Made by a program: the position numbers and the translations under genes
Shown here: piece by piece, positions 13,000 to 24,610 of the stretch
Position numbering within the stretch: the first letter of the stretch is position 1
Layout: every line of letters begins with the position of its first letter
The notes under the pieces: generated by a model
Told to the model about the DNA's origin: nothing
What the model saw: the letters and a program-made list of their open reading frames with translations, nothing else
Database searches by the model: none
Assembly (NCBI GenBank): GCA_964188305.1
Contig: OZ076888.1
Reading direction: 5' to 3' (one strand)
Length of the DNA stretch: 64,000 bases
Origin: Podarcis bocagei
Lineage: Eukaryota

Positions 13000-13942
13000 T
13001 AATTGTCTGCTCTAGGACCTTCCCTGGTATTGATGTCAAGCTCACCAGTTAGTAGTTACCTGGGTCTTCCTTTCCCCCCTTTTTGAAGATGGGGACAACA
13101 TTTTCCCGTCCCCAGTCTGTAGGGACCTCACCTGTTCTTCAAGAATTCTCAAAGATCATAGACAAAGGCTCTGAAATTGCACCCAAAAGCTCCTTTAGTA
13201 CCCTTGGATGCAGCTCATCAGGTCATGGAGATTTGAATTCATTTAAAGTAGCTAGAAAGTTGAAAATGTGGATAGCCCCTTTATGCTCTCAAAAAATAGT
13301 AACAAAGCCATAATTTTAGAATTGAATGTGCATGAAATGGCACCAGTCTCTTTAACCTCAACGATAGAAACATTCCAATTATGAGATTTCCTACAGACCC
13401 TTTTCTGCACTGGGTTGGCAGGGTACATTAGTGGGTCAGGATCTGTTTAGCTAGAGGGAAGTGGTGCAAAGCTAAGGAGCAATGTGGAAGTCAACTGCCG
13501 AGAAATTTCTAATCTCTACCACAGACTGGCTTGGAGGCTGTACCAGCAGAGTGGCGGAGATTAGTGCTGGTGATCTCCACCCACTTCTCCTTTCTTATTG
13601 GCATACCTTGATGTTAATTTAGACCTGTGCAGTCTCTGGAGGGTTGCTGCATACTTCTTCTGAAAAATCTGTATGCCTGTATAGACAGAACAAGGGGGAG
13701 AGGGAGCAAAAACCTTTAAAACCCAATTGCCCACTTCAGTGATTTCCAAGCTGCTATTATGTTTCTGACCACAGTAATTGGCATTACTATTTACTAATGG
13801 CTTATGGTAAAGGGGGGAAAGAGACAAAAATCCAGCACCTTACTTTGTAGTTCTGGGCTGCTGAAGATCGCTTGCCGACTTTGAAATGTGTGTCAGTTGA
13901 TATGATGCTCTATCCTTAATTTTTTTTATTTCAAAATATTTA

Positions 13943-14283
13943 CAGTGGTACCTCGCAAGACGAATGCCTCGCAAGACAAAACACTCGCTAGATGAAAGGG
14001 TTTTTTGTTTTTTGAGCTGCTTCGCAAGATGATTTTCCCTATGGGAAACGTCTTGCAAGTTTGTTTCCTTTTTCTTAACACCGTTAATACAGTTGCGACT
14101 TGACTTCGAGGAGCAACTCATAGAACGCGGTGCGGTAGCCTTTTTTTGAGGTTTTTTAAAGACTTTGGTGATTTTTGAAGCTTTTCCAAAACTTTCCCGA
14201 CACCGTGCTTCGCAAGACGAAAAAAATCGCAAGACGAAAAAAACTCGAGGAACTAATTAATTTCGTCTTGCGAGGCACCACTG
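13943..14283. mobile_element. Tc1/mariner MITE, same family as 12747-12999
   Basis: TA|CAGTGGTACCTCGCAAGACGAA ... TTCGTCTTGCGAGGCACCACTG|TA. Confidence 0.9.
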
Positions 14284-15199
14284 TATATTTCACGTTTCCA
14301 TATTAAGAGCTTGTCAGTGTTCTGACATCTCACCTTTGATAGCCTGTGAGGAGTGGAGCAGATTCTTATCATGAGCATCAGGTCAGCAACTTGGACCTTC
14401 AGTTGGACCTCAAGGGAACCTTCTAGCTGGTTGATAGACAGAAATCAATCACTTTCTTCTGGCTTTTAACCCTCCATCAACAGTGGGGCCAAGCACAATA
14501 ACACTTTTTTTTTTGTATTCCACAACTCCTTATTCCTGGTGAGCAATTAATTGCCATGTGATATTTTAGGGTTCTCCTCAGTTTAGTTAAAAATCTATGG
14601 CTTTACTCTTATGGTTTGCGGTTACAAATTTATCTCTGTTGGAATGACAGAGAAAATGAAGAACTATGTTTGTAAGGCGATGGGGTGAAAGCAGCCTTGT
14701 CAGATGCTCTTGATTCATTAGTTACTTGTCATGTCAACAGCTACTTACCTCAGAACCTATTCTGTCCATTTTGTGTGAGAAAAGCACATATAGAGTGGGG
14801 AAAATTGAATGATAGTCATCAAATTTTACTCAGGGGAGACCTCTTGAAATCAATGGACGTAACATAGACATGTTCATGAATTTCAATGCGTCTATTCTGA
14901 GTAAAATATAGTTGAATACCACCCATTATTTTGACTATTTTCATATTGGGTGAATCATTCACTTTCCTTACCATTACCACAAATGACATTGGGGATCAAT
15001 AGTACTCCACATGTTTACAAGAACCTTGTACAAACCTGATTTTTTAAAAAGCGTTTTTCTGCAGCTGAAACATTTCTTCTGACCCAGCAAAACAGTTTAT
15101 TTTTTTAATCAAACTATCATTTCGTACAAAGTTTACTGATTGCTTTTGGGGTTACCGAGCCCCCAGATGGATCTGCATATGTTTGCAAGCACCTAGGAC

Positions 15200-16290
15200 T
15201 CTTACTTTGACAAGTGGCAGACTTAATGACAGCTCTCAGTCAAGGACCTTGAGATGGCCACTTTCCTCTATTCACAAAAAGTTCTATGCAAAATGTGCTG
15301 TTAAGGGTTGCCCTCAACACTTCCAGACCAATATGTCACTGGCCTTCTTCAAAAGTCAGTTAAGGCCTGGGATTTGATGATCAGCTTCAATGCGGCGCAA
15401 CCAGTGTGAGAGACAGGCTTCCCCCATGCAAAACCTGTGGGATGTTTACCAACACTCTCCCACAATGCTTTGTGCCATGTGAAAACATTAGAATTGACGA
15501 ACAAGTGGTGCCATTCCAAGGAGGACATCCAATGAGACATTATATGCCATCTAAGCCAGCGAAGGATGACATCAAGTCCATAAACTTTATTATGTTTATG
15601 ATATATATGTGTGAAAAGAAGGGTTTCTCAGCAGCATAAAACCTAGAGCAGATAGTGTCAGAGAAACTAATATCACATTTATAGGGTTCTAGGCTGTTCT
15701 GTGCCACAGTCCAGGGAATTAGCTAAGAAAAAACATGGAAGGAAGGAAGGAAGGAAGGAAGGAAGGAAGGAAGGAAGGAAGGAAGGAAGGAAGCCCGCCC
15801 GCCCACCAACCAGAGAGTCCTTGAATTCCTTGCCCACAAATCCTGAAGCGTCAACAGCAACATTGTTGGTTTTCAAGAAGATCTAACACCTGTAAGCTAG
15901 ATGCCATGGAAAGGAAGAACAGCGATTCTCTTTTCTTCAAAGCGTAGTGCAGCGATCTCAGGGCCCTCTCGACTGGTGTTTCGTTTTTTTTTTTGCCAAG
16001 TGTATTCTGCAGTATGTCATAGTGTTAGACCATGCCCATTATTTATTGTTCTGCAGAATTTCCTTGATGTTGCCACATTAATTGCCTTCTAAAGGGCACT
16101 CTTACACTATAGTGCAACAGAAGAAAAGCAGGGTGGAGTGGGAAGCAGAACAGCAACAAAAGAACCAGGACACGTTCAGTCTGAAAAGTTGCAGGATTTC
16201 AGCAAGAAGCTATGGGACTTGGGGTGAGACTAGGGAGTTGCTGCTTTTGTGTTTGTTTGTGTGTGATTACTGTAAATATGTTTATGAAGC
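15200..16290 (+). mobile_element. Degenerate piggyBac-type transposase fossil (boundaries approximate)
   Basis: ENIRIDEQVVPFQGGHPMRHYMPSKPAKDDIK resembles the piggyBac motif T(I/V)DEQLVPFRGRCxFRQYIPSKPAKYGIK. Downstream, VRPCPLFIVLQNFLDVATLIAF resembles RRWPxxVFxxxLDVAxxNAF, followed by a Cys-rich end. The frame is broken by frameshifts. Confidence 0.75.
15737..15792 (+). repeat. (GGAA)14 microsatellite
   Basis: Perfect tetranucleotide run read directly. Confidence 0.97.
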
Positions 16291-16552
16291 CACTCCAAGA
16301 GACAATCTTCTGATCCAGATGTCCAACTGAAAAGGGCAGTTGGACACTTACTACACTACAAAAATGGGGGATGAAGCAGCCATTATGACTGCAGTTGCAC
16401 TGATACCTTTAGCTTTGTACCTCGTTCCACCTGCCTAAGGAGCTCTAAGAGCTTTTAATGTAATAATTCTGACTGTGTGCTGCAATAATCTTCCTACATA
16501 GGCAACATGGATCAGCACTAACAGTGCAGCAAATTGGAGAAAGGTATTACAT

Positions 16553-17416
16553 TGGTTCACACGATGTGCTCAGCCAAACATTGGCTTAGCAAGACCACAC
16601 AGAGTTGTGGGCTCTTAAGAGGCGGTTGCAGCCCCTTTGTTCCTCCCTGGTCCTGATTGTTGCTGAGTTGCTCTAAGCAGGTATCCAAAGCTTTGGCTTA
16701 GCATGTTGTCTGAACTGGAGCTTGTGGTTACACTCTCTCCTCACCAGTGGCGTAGCGTGGGGGGTGCAAGGGGGGCCGGCCGCACCGGGCGCAACATCTG
16801 GGGGGGCGCGCTCGCTGCCTCCAGAGTCGCCGAAGAGCCTCGGGCGCAGGCTGTAGCAGAGCCCCATGTCTCGCGGAACCGACGAGCTGTGCATGCGCCC
16901 GGGCTGAAGGCGTCCGGCAGGCAGCGGCTCTCAGCGCACGTCGCAGTCCCCGCGCGTCAGGGCCGCGGAGGACGCACCAGGCAGCCCCTCCTCACAGCCC
17001 TGCCTCCGCTGCTGCTGCTGCAGCTGCTGGGCCATGTTGCATTTTCCTCGCCTCTCTGCCCCCCTCCTCCTCCGGGCAAGCAGCGTCGTTTGGGCGGCAG
17101 CGCCAGCGGCAACTCGCCTCAGATTGGCAGGTTAGGGGTTAGGGGGGGCACAAATTGCTTGCCTTGCCCCGGGTGCTGACAACTCACGCTACGCCGCTGC
17201 TCCTCACTAACCATCAGTTTTAGTCAATATTTGCTCTTGGTTTCAGCTCGTAGTTAGTGAGGAGAGAACTGAACCACAAGTTCTTGTTTGTATGATATGC
17301 AGCAAGGCAGCAAAAAGGGCAGGAGGAACCTAGTGACTGAGTGCAACTCTCTGGGAGTCCACATGTTTGTGCAGTCTTGCAAAGCAAAGGTTTGGCTTAG
17401 CACATCATGTGAGCCA
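16553..17416. mobile_element. Older inverted-repeat (MITE-like) element interrupted by a young hAT MITE
   Basis: TGGTTCACACGATGTGCTCAGCCAAAC ... GTTTGGCTTAGCACATCATGTGAGCCA form imperfect 27-bp terminal inverted repeats with 3 mismatches. Confidence 0.6.
16745..17199. mobile_element. Young GC/CpG-rich non-autonomous hAT element
   Basis: 15-bp TIR CAGTGGCGTAGCGTG / CACGCTACGCCGCTG (1 mismatch); perfect 8-bp TSD CTCCTCAC at 16737-16744 and 17200-17207. Confidence 0.9.
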
Positions 17417-17890
17417 GTTCATTATGTATGTAGGTGTAGGATGGTTTGTCTTGAAATAGATTTTGCAGAAAAATGCTCTTCCTTTCCTTCATTTAAAGAA
17501 AATGGCTTAGGGAGCTGGGAATCATCTGTTTATACTGGCATTGTCATGATGGGAGGCATTTAGTTTTTCTTGTTATATTACTATCTTGAGACTATAAACT
17601 TGAATAATGTTTAGAGTTGCACTAGAGCTCGTGTTAAAAGAACACCTTTCCATGTTTCCTAGTCCAATGCCTTGACTTGAACCGCAGCCCCATTGCAGAC
17701 TCTATTCCAGCTTGTGCACTTTGCTTTTTACTGCTGTGGTTTCAGGGCATGGAAGTTCATGCATTACATCTCTCAAATGTTTCGGCATCTGGCCTCTGCG
17801 TATTTCATCTGCTTGTGGTCACACAAATATTTAGTAATGGTACAAAGAGGATGGCTGATAATGTTTTGTTTTTTCTTTCTTGATTGACAG

Positions 17891-17956
17891 TTCATTTGTG
17901 ACTGGAACAGCTTGCTGTGGACATACCTCACCTTTGAGAATCTGGGACTTGGGGAG
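17891..17956 (+). CDS. FBXW4: FBXW4 (F-box/WD repeat protein 4, dactylin) internal coding exon, probably exon 6
   Basis: 66-bp exon missed by the ORF track: ttgacag|t TCA TTT GTG ACT GGA ... TTG GGG AG|gtaaga, translating SFVTGTACCGHTSPLRIWDLG(S). This matches the recalled FBXW4 WD40 segment SFVTGTACCGHFSPLRIWDLNS. Phase 2/2 joins in frame to the exon at 33866. Confidence 0.93.
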
Positions 17957-19079
17957 GTAAGACTCTCTTACAGTTGTGGCAGTGAATAGAAAAATCTGCC
18001 TGTGGGATGAATGCTTGTGGAAACTTTCTAAGACCTGACTGTAGTTGAAAATTAATGTGTACCATTAACTCAGAAGTAGCCAAGACTTGAAGTCATCTAG
18101 TTCAGCTTAGTCATTGATCTCTGGACCAAAATCTTGCATCAGAGATGTTTGTATACTTCTTTGCACACACACACCAATGAATATATTTTCATACTTTGTC
18201 TATGCAAATTCTTCTATTGAACAGAGTTTTGTTTTTTAAAAAAGTAATTTGGGCTTGTTTCCAAATTTTGATTCTCATCTGTCTTCTAGCGACTTATGCC
18301 CATTTCTTTTTGTGTTTTATTGACAAGGTAGGACAATTGACTTTAGCCTTGCATTTTCCTTCTTGCTAGAGATTAGATTATCTATTCCTGGATTCATTTT
18401 TTTAATTGGTAATCATTTAGCCTTTGAAACCAGTGAGAATTCCAGAACTCCACCACTCATTTACAGCAATAAAATTCAAACGTAATATAAGGCCAAGGCA
18501 AATAAAAAAAGGATTTCACCTGGCACTGCAAATAAATATGGCACTGGAATCGATGAAAGCCACAAGTGAAAAGGCCCTATCTCTGGTCAACAGCATCTTA
18601 CTTATTTCAGGTGGGAGAATTTGAATCAGGACCTCAGAGACCGATGTTTATGTCCAGGCAGGTCCAGGTAGATACCCTGGTCTCAAGCCAGTTAGGTTAA
18701 AACCAGCACTTCAAATTGTGTTTGGAAAAGGACTGGTAGACTATGCTTATGATAATATTTTATTCTCTTGCTAATTATGCTCTTTGAAGCATGCAATTTA
18801 TATCTGACTTCCTTTAGTAATATTTTCTTTTGAAATGTTTAAGATTTTGTTGTTGTTATCTTTGCTACATTGAATGTGCATTCTGTAGTTCAACCCCCTT
18901 CATAATGTTTTATTTTGAAATCTTTAAGATAATATTTTAGTTTCCTGTTAACTATGTTGCTTTGGAACTTTCTTCTGTAATGTTTTATTCTGGATTGTTT
19001 TATTTGATGTTTTAGTGCAGGTTGTAAAAGGCTTTGAGATTTTTTTCTTTTAAATATAAAGCAGTATATAAATGAAGTG

Positions 19080-19086
<7 letters not shown>

Positions 19087-19122
<36 letters not shown>
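19087..19122 (+). repeat. (AAT)12 microsatellite adjoining an L2 fragment
   Basis: Perfect run. The adjacent minus-strand VQKLQLVKNTAILVLTG..EHTMSVFKEL (19125-19244) resembles the L2 motif LQLVQNAAARLLTG..HITPVLKEL. Confidence 0.9.
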
Positions 19123-19123
<1 letters not shown>

Positions 19124-20243
19124 GACCGCACAGCTCTTTAAATACTGACATGGTATGTTCTGTATTTTGGGCCCCAGTTAATACAAGTATAGCTGTATTT
19201 TTAACTAACTGTAGCTTCTGAACAGAACTCACTGGTATCCCCATGTATTGGCATCTTCACTGCTATAGTCTAAACACTGTTCTTCATTTATAAGGTTGTC
19301 GCCCTTCAGAAGAAAAACTCCCAGGTGGGGACTACTTTCACAGTGATTACTTCCACATTCAGGTCACAATTGATAAGATACAAAGAATGTATTTAATAAA
19401 CAGTTAGATGGACCTGGGAGGATCTGACACAAACAACTCACTCTATAAGTTTGGGCATGGTGTTTTTGCCTCTTTGCCTCATTTCACCATCTGTAAATTT
19501 GTGTCCTGCCTTGCTAGATTTAACCCCTTTTGCAATTCTTCCAGTCTGCCAGAGCAGTGCTGATAATAAGATTTGTTGTTATGTTGTTCAATAAAATAGC
19601 AATGTGGGTTTGCTGATTAACAGTCTCTGTGCTTGGTGAATTACGTGTAATGTGGTTCCTGTGCTTAGACTACAGGAAGAATGAGGGCTGCTTTGGCTTT
19701 TTCTGTCCCCATCCTCCTTGCCCATGAACTTCTCCTGGCTTACCTCAAACAGAAGCAGCACCGAGGAGCAAGTGAGGAGTGGCTGTGTCACCTTTTCTGC
19801 CTTTCCCAAGGAAGCCTCTAGAGATAATAAAGCTATGTAGAAAATAGGATTAAGGTAATGAACAGGCAGGATGGAGTTTGATCTTTCAATAAGGCAAAAG
19901 CCTGACTGACAGGCAGAGCTAAAGCCTGGAACCATCCAACCAATGGGAAACTACCTACAGTGGCTGCTGAGTGTCACGGATTCCTCCCTTTTCACTTGTT
20001 TTTAGTGGAATGCACTGTGCCACTGGGCTGCCCATCTCAGGCCGCACATGGAGGGAGGAGCAAAAGTCTACACAATTTGGGTCTCTCACATATACAGGTT
20101 AATTGGAAGACTGTAGTTGGTTGGGCAACTTCTCACGAGAAGTGGTAGTTGGTGAAATTTGGGCAATTATGGAGGAGAAGGACCAGCAGTGTTTCTCCCT
20201 ACTGGTATTTTAATTTTTGTTCTGTTACTGCATTGCATTACTT

Positions 20244-20399
20244 CAGGGGTGTCCAAACTTTTTTCCAAGAGGGCCAGATCTGATGAAGTGAACATGCGGC
20301 TGACCAAAGTTGTTGAGCTTTTTTAAGGATTTTACCCCAGGAAATAAACTGCTACAGTGGGCCAGGTTAGGCCCCCGAAACAGACTTTGGACATGCCTG
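20244..20399. mobile_element. hAT (Charlie-like) MITE
   Basis: CAGGGGTGTCCAAACT ... ACTTTGGACATGCCTG termini; degenerate 8-bp TSD CATTACTT / GCTTACTT. Confidence 0.65.
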
Positions 20400-22989
20400 G
20401 CTTACTTGCACTCTGGAATGCTATATGTAGTAAGCAAACAATTGATAGATTCCCCCTCCCAACTCATTTTGTATAGCTTAAGTGTTTGAATATTTTCTTT
20501 ATTATTTATAGCCCTCCTGCTCCTGGCTCATTTGCCACCTCAATACTGGACCTTCCCCCCCCCCTTCTTTCCTCCCTCCCTCTCCAAACAGCCTTGTGCT
20601 TCTTCACAATTTTAATCTTTCAAGTGTCATGTTTTCTCTTTCCTTCCTCTGCTGCTCCTATCAATATTCTGTAACCTTCTTGCCCATTCAGCTGCACATC
20701 TCTTTGTCACATACCTCTCCCTATATCTTTTCCCCACTCTTGCTGACAAGTCCCTTGTACCTCCTTTTTCTGCTTTGGCTGTTCTAGGTAGATAAACATA
20801 TGTCTGTGCAGTAGCACATTCTCTATTTCGTATTCAAGTCTCTCTCCTTTGCCCTCACGGGGCCACAGGACACTGTTGTATTGCTGATCATTGTGATCCA
20901 GCTGCAGAGCTTTACTAAAGATCCCAGAACTGAGACCAAGGAAGCAGGCACATTGCAGGCTGACCCCTCTCTTTCCCCTCTAATCTAATGTTGGCCAAAT
21001 GGATTCTGCTACCTTAGTAGTTGTTTCTTTCCAAAGCCCTTTTGCTGCTCATCTTTTAGCTGAACTATGGTGTTCCATTTGGGTGTTGTTTTCCCAGAAA
21101 GATGTTTGGGTGCCTCTCTTTCTGGTGCATTGGCTCAAGAAGTTGGAACATGCCACAGAATTACACCAAAGGTGTGGTTTCTGTTTGTGACTTTACTTGG
21201 ATGGTGATGGGATGACCTTTGCTTTTTTCCCTGACCCTGTGTTTCTAACACTTTGGATGTGTGAAAAGCTATGCCATGCTGCTTGGACACCAAACATAGC
21301 ACAGAATCTTAGTGGAGCTTGGAGGGCTCCCACCCTCAGGGGGATGGGAAACAGATGCTGCTTCTGAATGTTTCTATTTACCCATGGCAGCTCACCACTT
21401 TTGGGACTATGTTGTAGTGGTAGTACGCTGGACTATGTGTTCAGATCCATATTTATGCCCCCACCTCTGCCACTGACATCTGTGTAAGATGTTTGCCATT
21501 GTCACTTGTTCTGGGTCCACTTTCTCTTATCTGCTCTACAGGAAAGCAAAATAGGGATATTGCCCAGAAAAATCTGGGTGATATGTTTAGATAGCTGTTT
21601 GTTTGGCCTAGGTAAAATCAGCAGCTTGCTATAAATATCCAGTATTGCAACAGAACTGTTCTAAACTTTCGTATTGTGGCCTCAGTACTATAAAAGTCCT
21701 GGTTACTGTCCCCAAGGAGGGAAATATGTGTCAGGTACACAAAATGCATTCTGGAGGAAAGTAAATAAAGAAGACTGGTATTTTTCAAAAGGCTCAAGGA
21801 GATGCCTGCATGATGATTGGTGGCCAATAGGGAACTGGGAAATAAAGCTTGCTTGTGCTTTAAAACTGTTGGACAAACTTCGGGTTCTTTCTCCTTCCAG
21901 TGTTATTTAAAACAGTAAATAACACTTTTGATGCTATTCACAGTTGGTTCCTGAATCCCGCTGTCACTGGATATAATAATTCACACAAACAAACAATAAT
22001 CTGACAAAGTCATGAATGGCAGTATTGATGACAATGCACCCTCTGCAATATGTCTTTAAGCAGAAGGTGGAGGTGAAAAGAAGGGCATAGATAATGAGTG
22101 TGTGAACATGTGTGTATATGCATGTGCATACACTTGCATACACCTGCTTTTCTTCTTCGAGTGAATAACTGAACTGGCTACTGTTGAGTCCTGGGCTGGA
22201 TGGACCATTCACCTGATCCAATGAGACTTTTCTTGCGCTCTAACATGCTCCTTGATCCCACAGCTCTGCAGAGACCCTGTGAACACTGGTCATAATTAGC
22301 TGTACTATTTCCAAACATTCTTCCCTCTTCTAAATAACCTTTTTTTTTTAAAGTACTTGTGACAGCTTTTTTTAAGGGAACCCTCTAATTTTTCCTCTTC
22401 AGTTCTCGATCTTTTTAACTCTTTGAAATTGGCTTCATGCCATCTCTGACACCAAACTGACACCTTTGCCTTTCCCCACTTCTTATCCCTTTATAGCAAC
22501 AGATGTTGAAATTTTGTATCCCTTTTATCTGCCCCTCTTTAACCTCTTCCTGTAATTAGGTTCCCCTTGTTAGCAGTACAAAGTGGGCTGGTCCGCTACC
22601 TAGCCTGCCTTTTGAGCTATTGTGTCTGAGCACATGTGGTTTTGGGTTATTTGGAAAAGTCCCTTCCCCCTTAGGTAATAGCGGTGGGCGGATGGACAAA
22701 GATTGTGGCTTTTTTCTTCTTCTTCTTCATTTATCTTTGCCAAGGAAGAAGAAGAAAGGGAGGAGGGGTAGGGAGCACATGTGAAGCGAAAGCCACAGAC
22801 CTTCACTTCTCATCCAGTTGGGTTTTCTGTTCCTTTCCTCTCTGGTGCCTTTTTTCCTTACCCCTTCAAGTGCTTAGGTAGGGCCCTTTTGATGTCCTTT
22901 TGGGTACAGTTTAAAAGTGTGTGTGAGAGAAAGTGTATGTGAGAGAAAGAGCGATCAGTGTTTGTTGTTTCTTTCCCCACTTCTTCTCG

Positions 22990-23460
22990 TCAGTAAAATA
23001 ATATGCATAACATTTCATTAAATTCCTGAGATGCTTAACATAATGAATATACTTCACAACTCTGCTGTAAATTACATCGTTTCAACAATTCTCTCCTGTA
23101 CTTTCAGTCTCCTTCATTCCAGATTAATTGGATTAATTTGATTAACATTCACAATAATACCTACTGCTTCATTCATAATAGGGATTTTAAAATAAGTGAC
23201 TTGAGATTTGAAATGCTAGTCAAAGATATTACTGTAAAGTGAAAGAGGGGAGCCCTGTGTAAATGCCACGCTAAGCATCACACATTCTGACATGTGCGAA
23301 TTTGTTGGATTGGTGCTGTTCAATTTATATTTCACCTAATACTGTATACAAATTAATTGCACATTACACTTATTCCAGTGAAAGATGAATAAACTCAATT
23401 TCACAACAAAGTTATCCCGTTGCCTGCCTCTTCTGACCCATTACATTTGTTTGTTTAATT
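22990..23460. promoter_or_regulatory. Candidate conserved non-coding element, homeodomain/SOX-site rich
   Basis: GATTAATTG-GATTAATTT-GATTAAC array (23122-23146), AACAAT at 23084, AACAAAG at 23405, AATTAATTG near 23350; no recognisable repeat. Confidence 0.5.
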
Positions 23461-23974
23461 GTATATAAGCTATATCCCTCATTCTTATTATCCAGGCTCA
23501 TGTTGAAGGGAGTGTGTATCTCCCTTCTTACATTTTTTTCACCCATAACACTGACTTTTCAAACTTTGTGCAGTCTTTTAGGGATCTTTGTTGCACCAAC
23601 AAATGGTTTAGTATCTGCTTCACTTGAAGATTCTGGAGGAATACAACACATTGCATCCATAAAATGAAGACCTTTTCCACAATTTTATTGAGCAGGGATT
23701 GAAAACATAAGACCCTCCTGATATTGTTGGACTCTAAATTCCATCAGCATTGGTCAGCATAGTCAGTAGTTTAGGGATGATGAAAGCTGTAATACAACAA
23801 CATCTGAATAGTCCCATGTTCCCCTTCCTACTATTGATTCAGAACATACCAAGTTACCTGTAGTTGTTCAGTGAGATCAATATATGTTCATGCTGATATG
23901 GAATAGCAAGGATGTGGAGGAGATTAGCCTGCCTGTGATTCCCCAATTAAGATAAATCACAGAGACCTTTATTA

Positions 23975-24610
23975 AAGAATATTGGGAATACTCCTGGACC
24001 TACCACTGCTTCTTAAGAAACAGGTTGGAGGTGTTGCCAGGAGGCTCTCCTACTATATTCTGGTCATAAGGAAGTTTTCCCTCCTCCCTCTTATAGAAAT
24101 GTCAGGCTTTGCTATGCTGATCCATGCCACTGTAGTTTCCAAGCTGGATAGCTATAGTGCAGTCTACATGGAGCTTCCCTTGTAGATGACATAGCTTCCC
24201 TGCCTAGTGACATCAGGCAGGCACCTTATCAGTGCCTGCAAAAAATATTTCTTTTCAGGCAAGCCTATCCAGACATGTGGAATGCTGGCATGTATTTATT
24301 CTGCCTTTGAGCTTATACTTTATTTTTATTTTTTTAAAAAATCAAATAGCAGTTTTTAACTCTTTTTACTGATAATTTTGTTGTTTTGTTCTTCTTGTAA
24401 ACTACTTTAAGGTTTTCTTACAATCAAGTGGTATATAAAACTAGTGAAATATAACCAAATAAATAAGCTTTAACTAGTCAGAGCAGGCCTTTTATAGGGA
24501 CTGCTCCAAAACTATGAAACCTTCTCCCAGAAGATGTGAGGAAAGCTACCTTCTTGCTGTCTCTTCAAAAGGGGTGTAAGACATACACTTTTTTCAAAGC
24601 TATAGACTGA
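23975..24610 (+). mobile_element. L2-type LINE ORF2/3' relics (composite)
   Basis: LGILLD...QVGGVAR...LIHATVVSKLDSYSAVYMELP resembles the L2 motif LIHAxVTSRLDYCNALYxGLP; LINE-like 3' tails follow. Confidence 0.7.

Larger units (their letters stand above)
12130..13255 (-). mobile_element. CR1 LINE ORF2 (reverse transcriptase) fragment, interrupted by two insertions
   Basis: ORF-track pieces SLTSIPGKVLEQTI, KQFVCEHL...QHGFFKNKSCQTNIISF and VTQGSVLGPLLYNVFIRDLDEGIEC...ADNTK are CR1 RT motifs. Confidence 0.9.

Noticed and set aside
13840-14232. 130-aa Lys-rich ORF
   Set aside because: It is a translation of a non-autonomous MITE with no transposase motifs.
12747-14283. Recurrent GCAAGACGAA motif resembling a CRISPR-like repeat
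   Set aside because: The repeats are short, irregularly spaced and internal to TA-flanked MITEs; the context is eukaryotic and there are no cas genes.
16703-17179. 158-aa ORF
   Set aside because: It lies almost wholly within a GC-rich hAT MITE. It stays open because stop codons are rare in GC-rich DNA, and it has no recognisable domain.
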